64,000 bases of DNA from an uncultured virus (IMG/VR IMGVR_UViG_3300011547_000001) (taxonomy: Duplodnaviria; Heunggongvirae; Uroviricota; Caudoviricetes). The stretch lies in IMG/VR virus record IMGVR_UViG_3300011547_000001; one strand, written 5' to 3'. Below are positions 19,805-32,451 of the stretch, piece after piece (positions within the stretch are counted from its first letter, which is position 1; every line of letters begins with the position of its first letter). The notes under the pieces are model-generated. The model saw nothing but the letters and a program-made list of their open reading frames with translations. It was not told the origin of the DNA and did no database searches. The position numbers were made by a program, and so were the translations under genes.

Positions 19805-22800
19805 ATGGATGATTGGGATAACGACAACTGGGATAATGACGATCCCTTTGCGGGCGACTTTGACTTTGATACTGACTTCGACAAGCCCGCATCCAGTAAA
19901 GGTTTCCTTAGCAGTTTCGTAAGTGGTTTCCTCGGCGGCGTTGTCGGGAAAACCATCGGTGATACGGATGCACGGATCGACACGCTGAAGATGGTTCTTC
20001 CGCGCACGTGGACCAATGCGTTCAGCAACATGCGTCAGCTGAATGAGATGCGTCGTGAAGTCCTACAGGACATCAAAGCCGAGAGTTATCAGGCTGTAGA
20101 CGATCTTCAGTACTTGGCCGGCCGGGCAGCTAAAGCGCTCTCCGGCAAGGTCCCCAATAGAATTTCCGAAGGCTTCCTTTCTTTCAGCCAACGTGACTTT
20201 TCTGACTGGGAAAAAAGTGAGGGTTACTCCGCCCCAGAACTCGCCATGGGCGATGTTTCCGAGGAAGAAGTCAGCGCACTGATCCAGTCGGAAGACGCTA
20301 ACTCCATGCTGGAACGGGAGACGGCGGAGAACGTTGGCGAACGCACCATTGGCATGATGACAGAGATCGGTGGTCGCAGTATCGCCAACCTGTCCCACAT
20401 CAATACGTCGATGGTCCGTAGCAACCAGTTACTCGAAGAGTTGGTGAACTACCAACGTCGTGTGAAGACGCGTAATGACGCCCTTCAGCTTAACGTCATG
20501 GCACGACAGTACTTGACCAGCGCCAAGTTCTACAAGTTCATGGAAGCAGCGCAACACCGTTCCATTGACGAGCTGAAACAGATCAACAAGTACGCGCGTA
20601 TGTCCGACTATGAGAAGACCTCTCATAGCGATGCGTTCAAGCGCAGTCTCCGTGACTCGATTTTCAACACCGCTAAGAGTCAGTTTGGTGGTATCCGGGA
20701 ATTCATCACTGAACGTTTCTCCAAGGAGAATCGTGATGAGATAACCGGTTCGCTTGGTGAGATCACCAGTAGCCTGCGCATGGCTGCCGAGATGACCGAC
20801 GGCATGGACTTCAACATTGGTAACATGCTGGGCAATGCTGCCGCTGGCATGTTCATCAATAACCTGCCACGGATGATCAAGTCGGATAAAGGTCAGGAGT
20901 ACGTCGCCAAGTTCAAGAAGCAATTCCCTGAGCTGGGCAAGTGGGCGACCGATGCGTATATTCGTCTGGGTGATCTTGGACACGTAGCGTCTTACGTGAC
21001 CGGTAACGCCGAAGGCTTGATGAACACCCTGTCGAAACATTACAAGGGTGGTTTCTCCGACGAGCCAGAAAGCTACGACGAATACCTGGGAACCCTCGCT
21101 GATCAGAAGGATGCGATCAGTCGGTTCGAGTGGGAGATTGTTAGCAAGGCCCGTATGGCGGCTAACAAGACCCTGAGCGGCGTTCTGGACAACGTGTGGA
21201 GTGGTAACAACACTACGTTCGACCTGCAACGCCGTACGCTCGCCGACAGCCATGAGCGCGCCCTCTGGACCAAACGGGATAGCCGTACCCTGGTGGAAGA
21301 GATTCCGGCCTGGCTGGCTAACATCCACCTGTCGCTGGAGAAATTCCGGACGGGTAACGATGACCTGCGTATGGCGTCTTACGACTACGTGCGTGGTGGC
21401 TTCATTACCCATCAGCAAAAGGTTCAGGCAACGCTCAGCAAGGTGCTGGATAACAGCGGGTTCGAATATCAGGCTGGCGCGGCCATGCGTTTGGCTGAAG
21501 GTATTGACAAGGACAACGCCCTGTCGCCTGAGGCTAAGAAAGCACTCGCTTTCCGCCTGGCCCGTGACACCGACAAAAAGCTGGGGATCAACCCGTACAA
21601 CTATATCAACATGGAGGATGGTGACGACCCACTCGACGCGATGAGTCCGAAGCACAAAGCAGAGATCGAAAAGATCATGCGTGCTAACTTCGGTATCACC
21701 GACGAGCATGTCAAGAAGTTCTTCGAAGATGGGACTGAATACGATCGTGGTAAGTTGGCTGCGTACATGCCGACCGAAGCAGGTCGCGAGCTGTTGGCGA
21801 GTCTCTATGAACAAGCCAACAGCCTGGGGACGTTCCTTCCTGATGTTGGCCGTGACGTAGACCTCCTTAAGAGCACCGGTTGGTACGACGCGCTCAAGGA
21901 AACCGGTATCATCAAGAAGAACGAATACGGTCACGACGGACTGCCAACTGAAATAATGTGGCGGACCCTGATGAATCGTATCAACGATCCGGCTTACCGT
22001 GCGGGCATGCCTGTCCCTGACGCTCTGCCAGACCCTACAAGGCCGTTTGGTGGTTCGGGTGGTCCATTGCCACCATCTCCGTCCAAAGGCGGTCCTAAGG
22101 GCGGTCCTAGACCTCCTGTGCCGGGCACTCCTACGGGTGCTCTCGAAGTCAAGGGGATGGATGAGCTGGTTAAGTCCATGAAGGACCTGACCGGTGATAA
22201 GGGCTTGGCCAGTGTGCTCAAGAACTTCGATACCTCCCTGAACGGCAGACTTCAAGCACAATCGCCGTTGGCAGACCTGGGTCCCCTCAACTCGAACACC
22301 ACCACCATGACGGAGCAGCTTAAAACCCTGCTCGAGCTGGCAGGTAATCGCAACGATACCCTGCTCAAGATACTTGAGCGTCAGCCGTCTGAGAAACAAC
22401 AACCCACCAAGGACGAGGAGTCCAAGATCCAGCGCGCCAAGCGTAGCCTCATTGAACGTGTTAAGAGCTTCTCGCTCAAAGACACCTTCGACAAAGGCGT
22501 GGACATTCTCCTTGACCATGAACCACTGATTCTGGGTGGTCTCGCGACACTGGCTTATCACAACCCTCACGCGGCTGCGTTGGTGGGTGGCGGTGCCGCG
22601 GCGGCGATGGTTTATACCAAGATCCGCACCTTGGCTAAAATGCGTAGCGCTGAGGATGACGAGGACCTTTACGAGGAAGGATCTGACACGCCCATCCTCG
22701 AAGCTGATAAGCTGGCGAAAGGTAAGTACTACGACGCCACTAAAGGGTTCCTGATCAAGTCCTGGAAAGATATCTCGGGGAGTGTTAAGGACACCGTCAC

Positions 22801-25800
22801 GGATACCGTTATTGGTGCTCGCCGTTTGGCGGGTAAGCTGTTCACTGCCGAGAACAAGGAGGTGTTCCTGAGCGGTCTGAACAAGATCCGTGAGCTGATG
22901 GTCAAAGCCTGGAAGTTTGCAGACCCGTTTGGTCGTTTCATGAACCAAAAGGATCGGCTGGTTAAGCGGTTCTACCAGATGGACGTGTATAAGGAAGGGG
23001 CTAAAACTCCGACCTTGCTGGGCAAAAGCTTTGACGGTGGGGCGTATTGGAGACGCGACACCGAAGACAACATGATTCCGCTTAAAGGCTGGAATGACAT
23101 TGACGGTCCGGTCTATGACCGGGATGGCAACGTGCTCATTACTCAGGAAGAGTATGATCGTGGCCTTGTAACGTCGATGGGGGTGAGTGTTAACAAGATG
23201 GGTGCAGCTGCGCGCAAGCTCGGTGGCTACCTGAAACGCACGCTCCTCAAGGCCAAGGATAAAGCAGTTCCGTTCATGACGGGAGCCAAGGATAAAGTCA
23301 AGGATGCCTTTACCGCGGATTACTCCCCAATCGTCAATTCGGTTGATCGTATCTATCACCTGCTCCTGGAACACTGGGGTTATCAGCAGGGGATGGTTGC
23401 CGCTGGTTCCCCCGAAGAGGCCCTGGAGATTCCGGAGGCTGAACAGGAGCGTCGGGAGAAACAGGACACCGAGGAGCCGAAAGGTACTGGTAAAAACCTC
23501 CACCAAGTTATCAACGAGAAACTCGCTGAACAAGTAGAAGGATCCCCTAACCCAATTCCAAAAGAAAAGGAGAAGGAAAAGGTTCGTCTTAACTCTGCGG
23601 CTGACAAGGAAGATAAGGCCAAAGAGAAGAAGCGTGGGCGCATGATGGATGCCATTATCACCATCGCCCAGAGTTTCGGCTTCGGTGAGAAGAAAGGCGA
23701 TGAGGACAAGAAGCGACCTGGTCTGTTCGGTTTGTTGATGAGCGGTCTTGGTGGCATCACGACTGTCCTGGGTGGGATCTCCACCTTCTTCACCAAAACG
23801 CTGTGGTCGGGGGTTAAGATCCTCACGCGGTTTGCCACAGTGGGCTTTAACGTGCTCCCGTTGATGCTCAGGGGCATTACGGCTGTTGCTAAGGGTGTTG
23901 CTGCCTTGGTGGCTGGTCGTGGCCTGGGTAACGCTGTAGACAGCGTACGAGATGGCTGGGGCGGTCCTGACCTTGATGACCTTCCTGACCTCGAAGAGCC
24001 AGAAGAAGGCAAAAAGAAAAAAGGCAATCAGAACGCCAACGGTGGAGACGAAGGCGAAGAAGGCAAGAAAAAGAAAAACGGTGCGGGTGGTAACAGCAAA
24101 CAACGCCGTCGTAATCGCCGTAAGGGTAAACCGCCCGCGGGTAACCCTGGGAAGAAGAAATCCCAGGCTAACCCTAACAACAAGAAGAAGCCAACCCCTA
24201 AACCAAAACCCACGCCTGTGCCAGAGCCACCCGCTCCTAAGGTTACACCACCGAAAGGTGGATGGGGTGGTAAGGCGATGTTTGGTGCCAAGGCAATTGG
24301 GATGGGGATGGTCGCCGGGATGGCGACGGACACTCTGCTGGATGCGGGTGTTATCGACGAAGGCGGGATGTTCGATAAGGTAGGACATGGCGTTGAAACA
24401 GTGGGTAACGCAGTTGGTATGTACCAAATGGGGACTGCGGCGGCTGGGGCACTTGGCTTTGATCTTAGCCTGAGCGCCATGTTGCCTTTGGCCATGACGG
24501 CAGGTCGTGCCGCTGTTACGTTGGCTGCGCCTATTCTGATGAACCCGTATGTACTGGGGGCATTGGCAGTTGGTGCCGCCGGCTACGGGCTCTACCGTTA
24601 CATCACCCGTGGTAAGGGTAAGCAGATTGAGCTGCGTTTGGCTCAGTACGGTGTTGCTGACGTTGATAGCGATCTGGCCCAGAAGATCTTCAAAGCTGAG
24701 CAGATGCTGCAAGAGTTCGTCGTGTTGGGGAATGCTCGTGCCTCTTTGGACAAGAAAGCCCCAGTGGAACAGGTCATCAAGATGTTTGTTGAGGACCCAA
24801 CCAACAAGAATGAAATCGGTGCAGTGTTCAGTTGGTTCAATGGACGCTTCAAGCCAGTCTTCTTGACCTACATGGCTTGCCTTGACGTTGTTAAGATGAA
24901 GACGTTCAAGGAGTACGACGACTCCAGCAACCAAGATGTTTACAAAGTCGCCAAGCAAACCCACGCTGCTCTTGGTTCGGTGATGCCTTACCCGTACTCG
25001 ATCGTTGCTAAGATCGACCGGGATACACCGATCATGGGTGAGAAGACCACCATCATTCACGTCAATAAGCTGCTGGTAGATCTGAAAGCCTACGTCGATC
25101 GTAAGAGCGACAAAGAGGACCAGCTCCCTGTTACCACAGCAGCAAGTGCTGAATACCTGCAACGTGAAAAGAGTGCTATTGAAAAGGCGCTCCAGGATCC
25201 GCGTAAGAACTTTGGCACCGGTGTTGAATCGATCCAGAAACAAGACCGCGCGCGAGCGCGACTCACTGAGATCGAGAAGCAGCTTAATCAGCCGAGTACC
25301 AACTTCAAGCCAGGTACTCCGGTAGCAGACGTCTTCATCAAAGACCTGTTGCCACCAGATCGTGCCATGGACCTACTCACTGCCATTCGCGTGGCGTGCT
25401 ACGGTAACGATGAAGATATCCCATGGCGTGTCGAAGCTGTGCTCCGTCTGGAACGCTACTGTGAGCAATTCTTTGTAGTCAACGGAGATAGCGTCAAATT
25501 CACTGGTAACATCCCTGAAATCTACGGTGTATTCAAGGATGCGTTCAGGTCGACTCGTTGGAGTCAGGACGATTGGTGCTTGTGGTTCCGCGATCGCTTC
25601 TTGCCGGTAATGACCCGGTACGTGGAACAAGTCAACCAATACCGTCGTGGTAAACCTGGTGTGGTCTGGAAGACACTCTCGGTAACCGCACGGTACGAGA
25701 TCGCAAGATCGTTGGTAGACACGCAGGTAACGGTTAGTGGGCTGTTTGGGGGTACTACCTCAGTGTGGAACGTGCGAGCGTCTCCATTCCAAGGAACACG

Positions 25801-27923
25801 TTCTCCTGAAAGGTCTGACAAAGTTGACCGTATGCTTAAGCTACTGGGTGAGGCTAGCACCACTGCTAAGCTTCGTGACCCTGAGCTGGAAGCTGGACGC
25901 ACCAGGACGAAAGACTGGGCCAAGACAATCTCCCCTCACGCACCAGGCGGCGGGTTCACTGAGAACAAGCCTAACCTGACCACGCCTCAGACGGCTAAAA
26001 CCCGGCTGGACTTGGCAACTGGGGGAATGTACGGAACCAACACCAACCGTGGCGCCGGCACTGGTATTACCAACGGCATGAACGGGGTGTATAAAACACC
26101 TGAGAACTCGTTCGGGTATAAACCGCTCACCGGGGATTCGGACACGAGTCACTTGGACATGAGCGGTGTTAAGACCAGTTCGGGTAAAGACCAGGGTGTT
26201 AAGGTTCCTAAGAAGCTCGCTGAACAGCTGATCATTCGTGAGATGCTGAAACAGGGCTTTACTGACCCACGTGAAATCGCAATGCAATTGGCCCTGACTA
26301 ACTACGAGTCCGGTGGGTACTCCAAGACCGTAGAAAACATGAAGTACTCCAGCCCACAAAGGCTGATGAGTCTCTTCAAGGAAGTCAGGAACTTAACGCA
26401 GGCAGAGCAACTGATTAAAGGCGGTGAAGAAGCTATCGCCAACACGGTATACGGCGGAGGTAAAGGGGCAACCCTGGGCAACACTCAGCCGGGAGATGGT
26501 TTCCGTTATCGTGGTCGCGGCTTTAACCAGCTGACGGGTCGTGGTAACTATGCCAAGTACGGGCAACTCTTGGGTATCGATCTGGTTAACAAGCCGGAGT
26601 TGGTATCTGAAGACCCGAACGTGATGGCTGCTGTAGCGGTGGAGTTCTACAAGCAAAGCAAGCAGATGCAGAGCATTAAGCAGACTGGTGACTTTGGGTA
26701 CGCGGCTCGCGGTCTTAACGGCGGCAATGCACTCCCTGGCATGGATAAGCGTTACTCCATGTACTTGGACTATCTGAAGCAACTCCAGGAAGGCAAGCTC
26801 AAGGCTGATGAAGATGCAGCTAATGGGGTTAATACACCAGAGGCACCACCTACCGGTGGGGGTGATCCGGGTAGCATGTACGGTTCGCCAACCCCGCAGG
26901 CTCAAGGGGGTGGAACAGGTCCAATGCTGGGAGCGGGTGCGCCTTCTCCTTCTGCGGCTNNNNNNNNNNCAGCCGTCGTACGGTACTGATCCAGCCGGCC
27001 CTCCAGGCTTCGGCCCACAAGGCCCAGGGAACAGTTCTGGTCTTCGTCTTAAATCGCCTGAGGCGGTTGCCGGGGGTAAATCCCACCCTGGCATTGAGGC
27101 TCTTGCACGGCTTATTCAGTCGACGGTTCCGGGCTTCCGGTACTTCTCCGCACTGAACGACGCTTACCACCACACCAAGCCGGGTAACTCGAAACACAAG
27201 TCGGGATTGGCGCTCGATTTCACGCTCGTTAACGGCATCGCCGGTAGCGACCAGGCGTGCAACAAGCTGTTCGAGATGATGGGTCAAGCTGGCCTTAGCC
27301 GGGGAGACTTCATGGTGATCAACGAATACCGCCGGCAAACCCGGAATGGTACAGGGGGTCACGTCCACTTCCACTTCACCTCCGCTCAATCGGCTGATAA
27401 GTACATGGCGGCCGCAGGCGGGCAGCAGCAACAACCAGGCGAGGAAGCACCTGCAAGTGCTCCAACTCAAAATCAATCGGCTGACACGGGTACCCCTGTG
27501 GCACCACCGGAAGATTTGACCATAGCTCAAAAGGCTAAGAACAAACTTGCAGAGATGGGTAATGTTGGGAAGCTTGAAGTTGATCCTAGCAAACCCTACT
27601 CTTCCCTGCCATTGCCTGGACAGGAGAAAGGGCCAACCGGTAACCCACAAGGTCCGACTGCGCCTACTGGCCAAGGTGCGCCACAGCAAGCGGGGGCGCA
27701 ACCTCCGGGTGCCAGACCGCCAGCAGCCACTCCACCTGCTCCGCCAGCCAAGTCGTCCGAGACGGACAAGGCGATCGCGGAAGGACTCCAGGCTCTTGCG
27801 GCCGCAATTGCCGCGGGTAACCAGGACAACAATCAGCTCCTTGGAGCTATTGCTAAACTCTTGGAAGCCAATGGCAAAGCCCAGCAACAGCAGGGTAAAC
27901 GCCCAAGCATGGTTGAGGCGTAA
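19805..27923 (+). CDS. Tail tape-measure-like virion protein with GH19 lysozyme and M15-like peptidase domains (phiKZ gp181 position)
   Basis: ORFs 19784-26989 and 26808-27923 join across the N-gap at 26960-26969. GH19 motifs YESGG, GDGFRYRGRGFNQLTGRGNY and LNGG; peptidase motifs SKHKSGLALDF and GHVHFH. Confidence 0.88.
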
Positions 27924-27930
27924 CCAATAC

Positions 27931-27957
27931 GGGTGGGGGAAACCCCACCCTTTCTTT
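27931..27957 (+). terminator. Intrinsic terminator with GAAA tetraloop
   Basis: GGGTGGGG-GAAA-CCCCACCC followed by TTTCTTT. Confidence 0.8.
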
Positions 27958-27980
27958 AACCCGATGGAGCGAGAAAACCT

Positions 27981-30158
27981 ATGGCTCAGGTGAGTACGCG
28001 AGACAGAGACATCATCACCAAATCCTTTCGCATGCTCACGAGAGGTGCCGCTTCCAGCGACATGATCCAAATGCTCGACTGGGATAAATATTTCAACGTC
28101 TTCAGTAGCGCTACTGGGGATAACCGCTACGTTAACACCGTGGCGCAATCAAGTCCTGCCACCGACCCGCGTTACGGGCGGATGATGCAAACCCGAGAGG
28201 GTGGCTTCGGCAGCATGCACAAAGAAATGATTGAAGACAACGTTACGCTGGTAACCCTGACAGCGTGTACGGCTCAGTTCGCTGGTCTGTTGAGCTTCAT
28301 CACCAACATGTTCAGTCCCACTGCGGCGATTATTGCCAACAAAGGTCGTGCGCCCTCCCTTGCTTTCTACATGGGGCAGGCATTGGGTTCGATCACCTTC
28401 GTTGGTATGCAGCTGGTCAGCATCGGCGTGCAAACCTTGGCGTTCCTTATGGACTCGCCCAAGAACAACTTCTACACCGCTAAGCCGGCCATGGGTGCTT
28501 ACATCATGGCAGCTACCGGTGTACTCAACGATTTCATGCTGAAGCTGGGTTATACCGACACCGTCTTCCCAAAACTCAACCAGCAACAGCAAGACCCGCT
28601 TCATGGTCTGAAACCTGATTACGACAACTCCAAGGCTGTCCAGGACCTTAGCTGGTTGTTCCCTGATTCCGTCAACCAAGACGGTACCATCGACCTGATG
28701 CGGATGGTGATGAAGGGAACACGTAAGCACCGGATGATGTTGATCGAGTTGGCCAAGATGGACAACGCGGTAGATATCACGACACCTGACGAGAAGTTCG
28801 TACGCGCGCAACAACTCATCGAGGAAATGAACTTCGACGAAGCTGTTATTGCTGGTCGTCCTTCGGTGGAATACGTTGAACGTGAAATGGGGACGGTGGG
28901 TCGTGTTCGTGGTGAGGGTGAAGGTAACTACGTCGAACAAGACAGTGCTTACCTGAACCGTTCCGCTTACGAGAACATGAACAACGCTGAACAAGCGCTT
29001 CCTGATTTCACCACGCAGCCAGGTGGCGCTGTAGGTGGAGCCGCTGCTGCCGCAGGCATTCAGCCTATGAACGAAGTGTCGGCTTACGGAACAGGAACCC
29101 CTCCCCTGAACCCAAACAGCCCAGCTGGTCGACCGACACCCGCTTCACCCAGCGCGGATCCAACAATCGCCAACGGTCAGCAGATTTTCTATGAAGACGA
29201 TCCCAACGACCGTACTTGGGCGACGGATATTCTCGACTTGGTACAAACTGGTTTCTACGGTGGGCTGGATGGTGTTACGTTCAGGGTAGAGGGTAGTACT
29301 GGTGCGGTGACGGATACCTTTAGTAACTCTTCTGGACCGTCTCCAATGGCTCAGAAGTTCAACTCGATCGTGAAAGCCGCAACGGACTTCAAGTTCGACA
29401 TTGCTGGTGGTGCCACGGGTATCGGTATCATCGACGGTATCATGAACACCGTTAAGGAAGCGGCGATTGGCTACCTGTCGGGAACTGTGATCGGAAATAT
29501 TCCGCTGGCGTTGATGAACAACTCCTACGTGAAGATTGCTGACCACTGGGACGGTTCTACCACCAACCTGCACAAAGAGCACTACAGCATCTACTCTGAC
29601 TGCACCTACGGTCATCCGTATGAACAAGTGCACAAGATCTGGACACTGTTGTCTTTGTTCCTGCCGTTCGTGGCAGCGTTCAGTGCGGGTGGTTCGAGTT
29701 ACACCACTCCGTTCCTGGTTAAGGCGTTCTGCCAATCCCGCTCGATCATTCGTACGGGGCTGATTACCCAGGCCGTGTTTACCTTTGGTACTGGTGACGC
29801 CGGCTGGACCCGTGACCGTAAGCCACTCAACCTGAAGATTGACTTCGAGGTGACCGACCTTGAACCGATCATCACCGTTCCAATTGACCGCTCTCTCAGC
29901 CTGTTGGATTTGACCAACCCTGCTTCGGTCGCACAGCGTCTGTTCACTGACGACACCGGTTACAACAACTGGACGTCTCGGGTAACCGGCATGCAGTACC
30001 TTGACACTGTACTGCGCTACAGCCGTTTGAACCGTAACCTCACGGGTATCGTGATGGACATGAAGACCAGCATTCGTGCTGACAACATCGCTGCAAAAGT
30101 AAACGACTCCATCATTGGCGACCTTGGCCGCATATTCACAAAACCAGTAGCGCGTTGA
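27981..30158 (+). CDS. Virion structural protein (phiKZ gp182-like)
   Basis: 725 aa directly after the gp181-like gene, with GGAG SD; synteny. Confidence 0.75.
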   Translation: MAQVSTRDRDIITKSFRMLTRGAASSDMIQMLDWDKYFNVFSSATGDNRYVNTVAQSSPATDPRYGRMMQTREGGFGSMHKEMIEDNVTLVTLTACTAQFAGLLSFITNMFSPTAAIIANKGRAPSLAFYMGQALGSITFVGMQLVSIGVQTLAFLMDSPKNNFYTAKPAMGAYIMAATGVLNDFMLKLGYTDTVFPKLNQQQQDPLHGLKPDYDNSKAVQDLSWLFPDSVNQDGTIDLMRMVMKGTRKHRMMLIELAKMDNAVDITTPDEKFVRAQQLIEEMNFDEAVIAGRPSVEYVEREMGTVGRVRGEGEGNYVEQDSAYLNRSAYENMNNAEQALPDFTTQPGGAVGGAAAAAGIQPMNEVSAYGTGTPPLNPNSPAGRPTPASPSADPTIANGQQIFYEDDPNDRTWATDILDLVQTGFYGGLDGVTFRVEGSTGAVTDTFSNSSGPSPMAQKFNSIVKAATDFKFDIAGGATGIGIIDGIMNTVKEAAIGYLSGTVIGNIPLALMNNSYVKIADHWDGSTTNLHKEHYSIYSDCTYGHPYEQVHKIWTLLSLFLPFVAAFSAGGSSYTTPFLVKAFCQSRSIIRTGLITQAVFTFGTGDAGWTRDRKPLNLKIDFEVTDLEPIITVPIDRSLSLLDLTNPASVAQRLFTDDTGYNNWTSRVTGMQYLDTVLRYSRLNRNLTGIVMDMKTSIRADNIAAKVNDSIIGDLGRIFTKPVAR

Positions 30159-30159
30159 A

Positions 30160-30197
30160 CTATAACCCTCTGCTCCCTAGGGAGCAGAGGGTTATAG
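30160..30197. terminator. 38-bp perfect palindrome; probable bidirectional terminator
   Basis: CTATAACCCTCTGCTCCCT|AGGGAGCAGAGGGTTATAG between convergent genes. Confidence 0.85.
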
Positions 30198-30200
30198 GGT

Positions 30201-31316
30201 TTATTTATCGAACTGAGCTGCGTTGGGGAACATGGACCGCAACTGGTCAATGGGCTTGGTTTCTTTGAACTGACCAGCAAAGGCAACCAACGGGATGATC
30301 TCGGGCCATTGCAGCAGCAGCACTTTCATGTCAGCGCTGACGTTCATGATCAAACCCAGGTTGTAAGCCTTACCAAAGGCCGTGTAACGGTAGTACCATT
30401 CTTCACCGGCAATACCAGAGACTACGGACTTAAGCTTGGCTAATACGGCCGGGTGGTCTTCTGGATAGACCCCGTCGTCAAACTTGAACTTGGAGAACAA
30501 GTCAGAAATGAAGTTAGGGTATTTGCCCAGTAACGTCATCCGACTCTCGGTTTCCATCAGCTTCAAAAGAGCGTCCATGCTTTCCAGGTCACCGTTGGTG
30601 ATGGCGGTTTGCATGGCTACCAAGGTAGCGTCACGACGCAGTGCATAGAAACCAGGGGGGTAGGCTGCGTACAGTTTGGCGTAGCTGCCCGTCATGCCGT
30701 ATCCAACAGCGTTATACAAAACGTTGTTGTAGATGGCCCCTTTCACGCTGTAGTCGAGGAATTCATCGATCCCGATGGTGTCCCCCACCATACGGAGTAC
30801 TTGCTGACCAACTTGCCCGCGCCAGTTCTTGTTGACGCGGAATTCAGTCCCATTCGCAGTGAGAATGCTGCCGATGTTCAAACCAGTAATGCGCTTGAAT
30901 TCAGCACTCACCCCACTGGCAATCTTCCGCATAACACCCGACTTACCATTAACAGGATAGCCCAACGATCCACCCACAGCGGCGATAATAGCGTCATCGC
31001 TGAAGGTTACACCGTCTCGCCCAACACGGATAGCTTTGGTGATATCGGACGTTTTAAGAAGACCGCCGGTAATGAACCCCACAATACCGTCGAGTTCTTC
31101 CACAACAGAACTGCGGTACTGGCTGATCGTGCCACTGACTGAGGTATCCCGTGCGGTTTTGAGCGCTACCCCTTCCTTGATGTTCTTGGCAGTGGCGTCC
31201 ATGGGCGTCAACGTGGAGCTGTTAACGTTTTTCATGGCATTGTTCGTATTACTCTGGAAGGCTGAAAGCTTTTCCCCCAGATTCAATCCAGAAAACATGT
31301 CCATTGGTTTCTCCAA
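30201..31316 (-). CDS. Probable virion structural protein (~370 aa)
   Basis: Long ORF in the core region; function inferred from context only. Confidence 0.7.
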   Translation of the reverse strand: MEKPMDMFSGLNLGEKLSAFQSNTNNAMKNVNSSTLTPMDATAKNIKEGVALKTARDTSVSGTISQYRSSVVEELDGIVGFITGGLLKTSDITKAIRVGRDGVTFSDDAIIAAVGGSLGYPVNGKSGVMRKIASGVSAEFKRITGLNIGSILTANGTEFRVNKNWRGQVGQQVLRMVGDTIGIDEFLDYSVKGAIYNNVLYNAVGYGMTGSYAKLYAAYPPGFYALRRDATLVAMQTAITNGDLESMDALLKLMETESRMTLLGKYPNFISDLFSKFKFDDGVYPEDHPAVLAKLKSVVSGIAGEEWYYRYTAFGKAYNLGLIMNVSADMKVLLLQWPEIIPLVAFAGQFKETKPIDQLRSMFPNAAQFDK

Positions 31317-31337
31317 GGAGACAAAAATAAAAGGAAC

Positions 31338-31359
31338 TGAGTGGGGTTAACCCCACTCA
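31338..31359. terminator. 22-bp perfect palindrome/terminator
   Basis: TGAGTGGGG-TTAA-CCCCACTCA, followed by a T-rich tract on the minus strand. Confidence 0.75.
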
Positions 31360-31365
31360 TTCCAT

Positions 31366-31833
31366 TCACGACTTATCAGGATCTTCTTTGAGGTCGTCGG
31401 CTGGGCCTCGGTCCGGACCCATTACGCCGATAATGTCAGAGACTTCGATGATGTTTCCATCTTCGTCCTTAACCCTCATGATTAACTCGCAAGACCTCAT
31501 CCTTAAAATTGACAGCCCTTCCATCAGCTTGTTGTGCGTCATTGAATCTTTCTGGAAGAACGTTTCCTTGATATTGCCAACACGAGTCCCGCGTTCACTC
31601 TTCAACTTCTCTGGCGTTTTACCTGCGCTTGGAATACTCCAATCGAGATAATGCCGTAGATAGTTCCCCCATTTCTGTGGATTCATTTCAAGCTTATTGA
31701 TTAAGGCCCTGAACAACCGAGCGGGCGCGTCAATAAGCAAATCATCTGGGACATATTTATCGGGAGAAATGTTGCTCATCTTGGAGGCTTTAAGGGCTCT
31801 CCTGGTCTTTATGGGCTTTTCTTCATTTGCCAT
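31366..31833 (-). CDS. Hypothetical core protein (155 aa)
   Basis: GGAGG SD; overlaps the upstream gene. Confidence 0.75.
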   Translation of the reverse strand: MANEEKPIKTRRALKASKMSNISPDKYVPDDLLIDAPARLFRALINKLEMNPQKWGNYLRHYLDWSIPSAGKTPEKLKSERGTRVGNIKETFFQKDSMTHNKLMEGLSILRMRSCELIMRVKDEDGNIIEVSDIIGVMGPDRGPADDLKEDPDKS

Positions 31834-32434
31834 TCAACCTCCAGAGTCTTACGTCTAACGCCACCTTCATCACTGAGATGACGTCCATGACGACCAACTT
31901 GAAATAAGGGCTAGTGATGAAATGCTTAATAGCCGGATTCCAGGGCAGTTGCTTCTGATCGTCGTGAACGACGCCATCCTCATCACGTGGATTCCGATGG
32001 CAGTAAACTCCCATCAGAAGAAGCGAACTATTCAAGAAATAGTTCGTACTAGGGTCATTGCTATACCACTTCGTGAACCTTTCTTGGGTCGATTGATCAG
32101 GCGTCTTGAAGTAAACTTCGAGCAGCTCGATCTCGTTGTTGAACACCTTCGCCAAGCACGTTGAAATGCGTCCAGAGCTACGAGTGTGCAACTTCGGTAC
32201 CAACCCATCGACATAGTTGTAATCGTCGTTAAAACTAACCGTAGAGCGCTCCAAGCAATCGTATAGGTCGTGTATCTGATCTACGAATCGCACGGTTGAA
32301 GAAAAGAACCTGGCTTCAAAGCGTTCTAGCTCCAGTAGCATCTCTTCGCAGTACTTCTTTTCAGCAACTTTCCCGATGAGTGGAAATCGGAAGAGCGCTT
32401 TCAAAACAGTGAAGCGGTTAAAGATCATAGACAT
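31823..32434 (-). CDS. Hypothetical protein (203 aa)
   Basis: AGGAG SD, directly downstream of an early promoter. Confidence 0.8.
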   Translation of the reverse strand: MSMIFNRFTVLKALFRFPLIGKVAEKKYCEEMLLELERFEARFFSSTVRFVDQIHDLYDCLERSTVSFNDDYNYVDGLVPKLHTRSSGRISTCLAKVFNNEIELLEVYFKTPDQSTQERFTKWYSNDPSTNYFLNSSLLLMGVYCHRNPRDEDGVVHDDQKQLPWNPAIKHFITSPYFKLVVMDVISVMKVALDVRLWRLNGK

Positions 32435-32451
32435 TTCTCCTAAGTCCCACT

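Noticed and set aside
23952..24383. Alternative-frame basic ORF over the Lys/Pro-rich linker of the tail protein
   Set aside because: Unlike the 16845-17120 ORF, it has no convincing SD, TM segment or codon support.
20429..25243. 1604-aa antisense ORF, and similar ones at 15136-17880, 55476-57578 and 10315-11928
   Set aside because: These are shadow ORFs opposite strongly codon-biased genes. They have no recognisable motifs, and their composition mirrors the sense codons.
26808..27923. Separate 371-aa gene, or programmed frameshift, after the tail hydrolase
   Set aside because: The frame change coincides with a 10-N gap, so it is best read as one gene. The same applies to the breaks at 840, 39042 and 42028.
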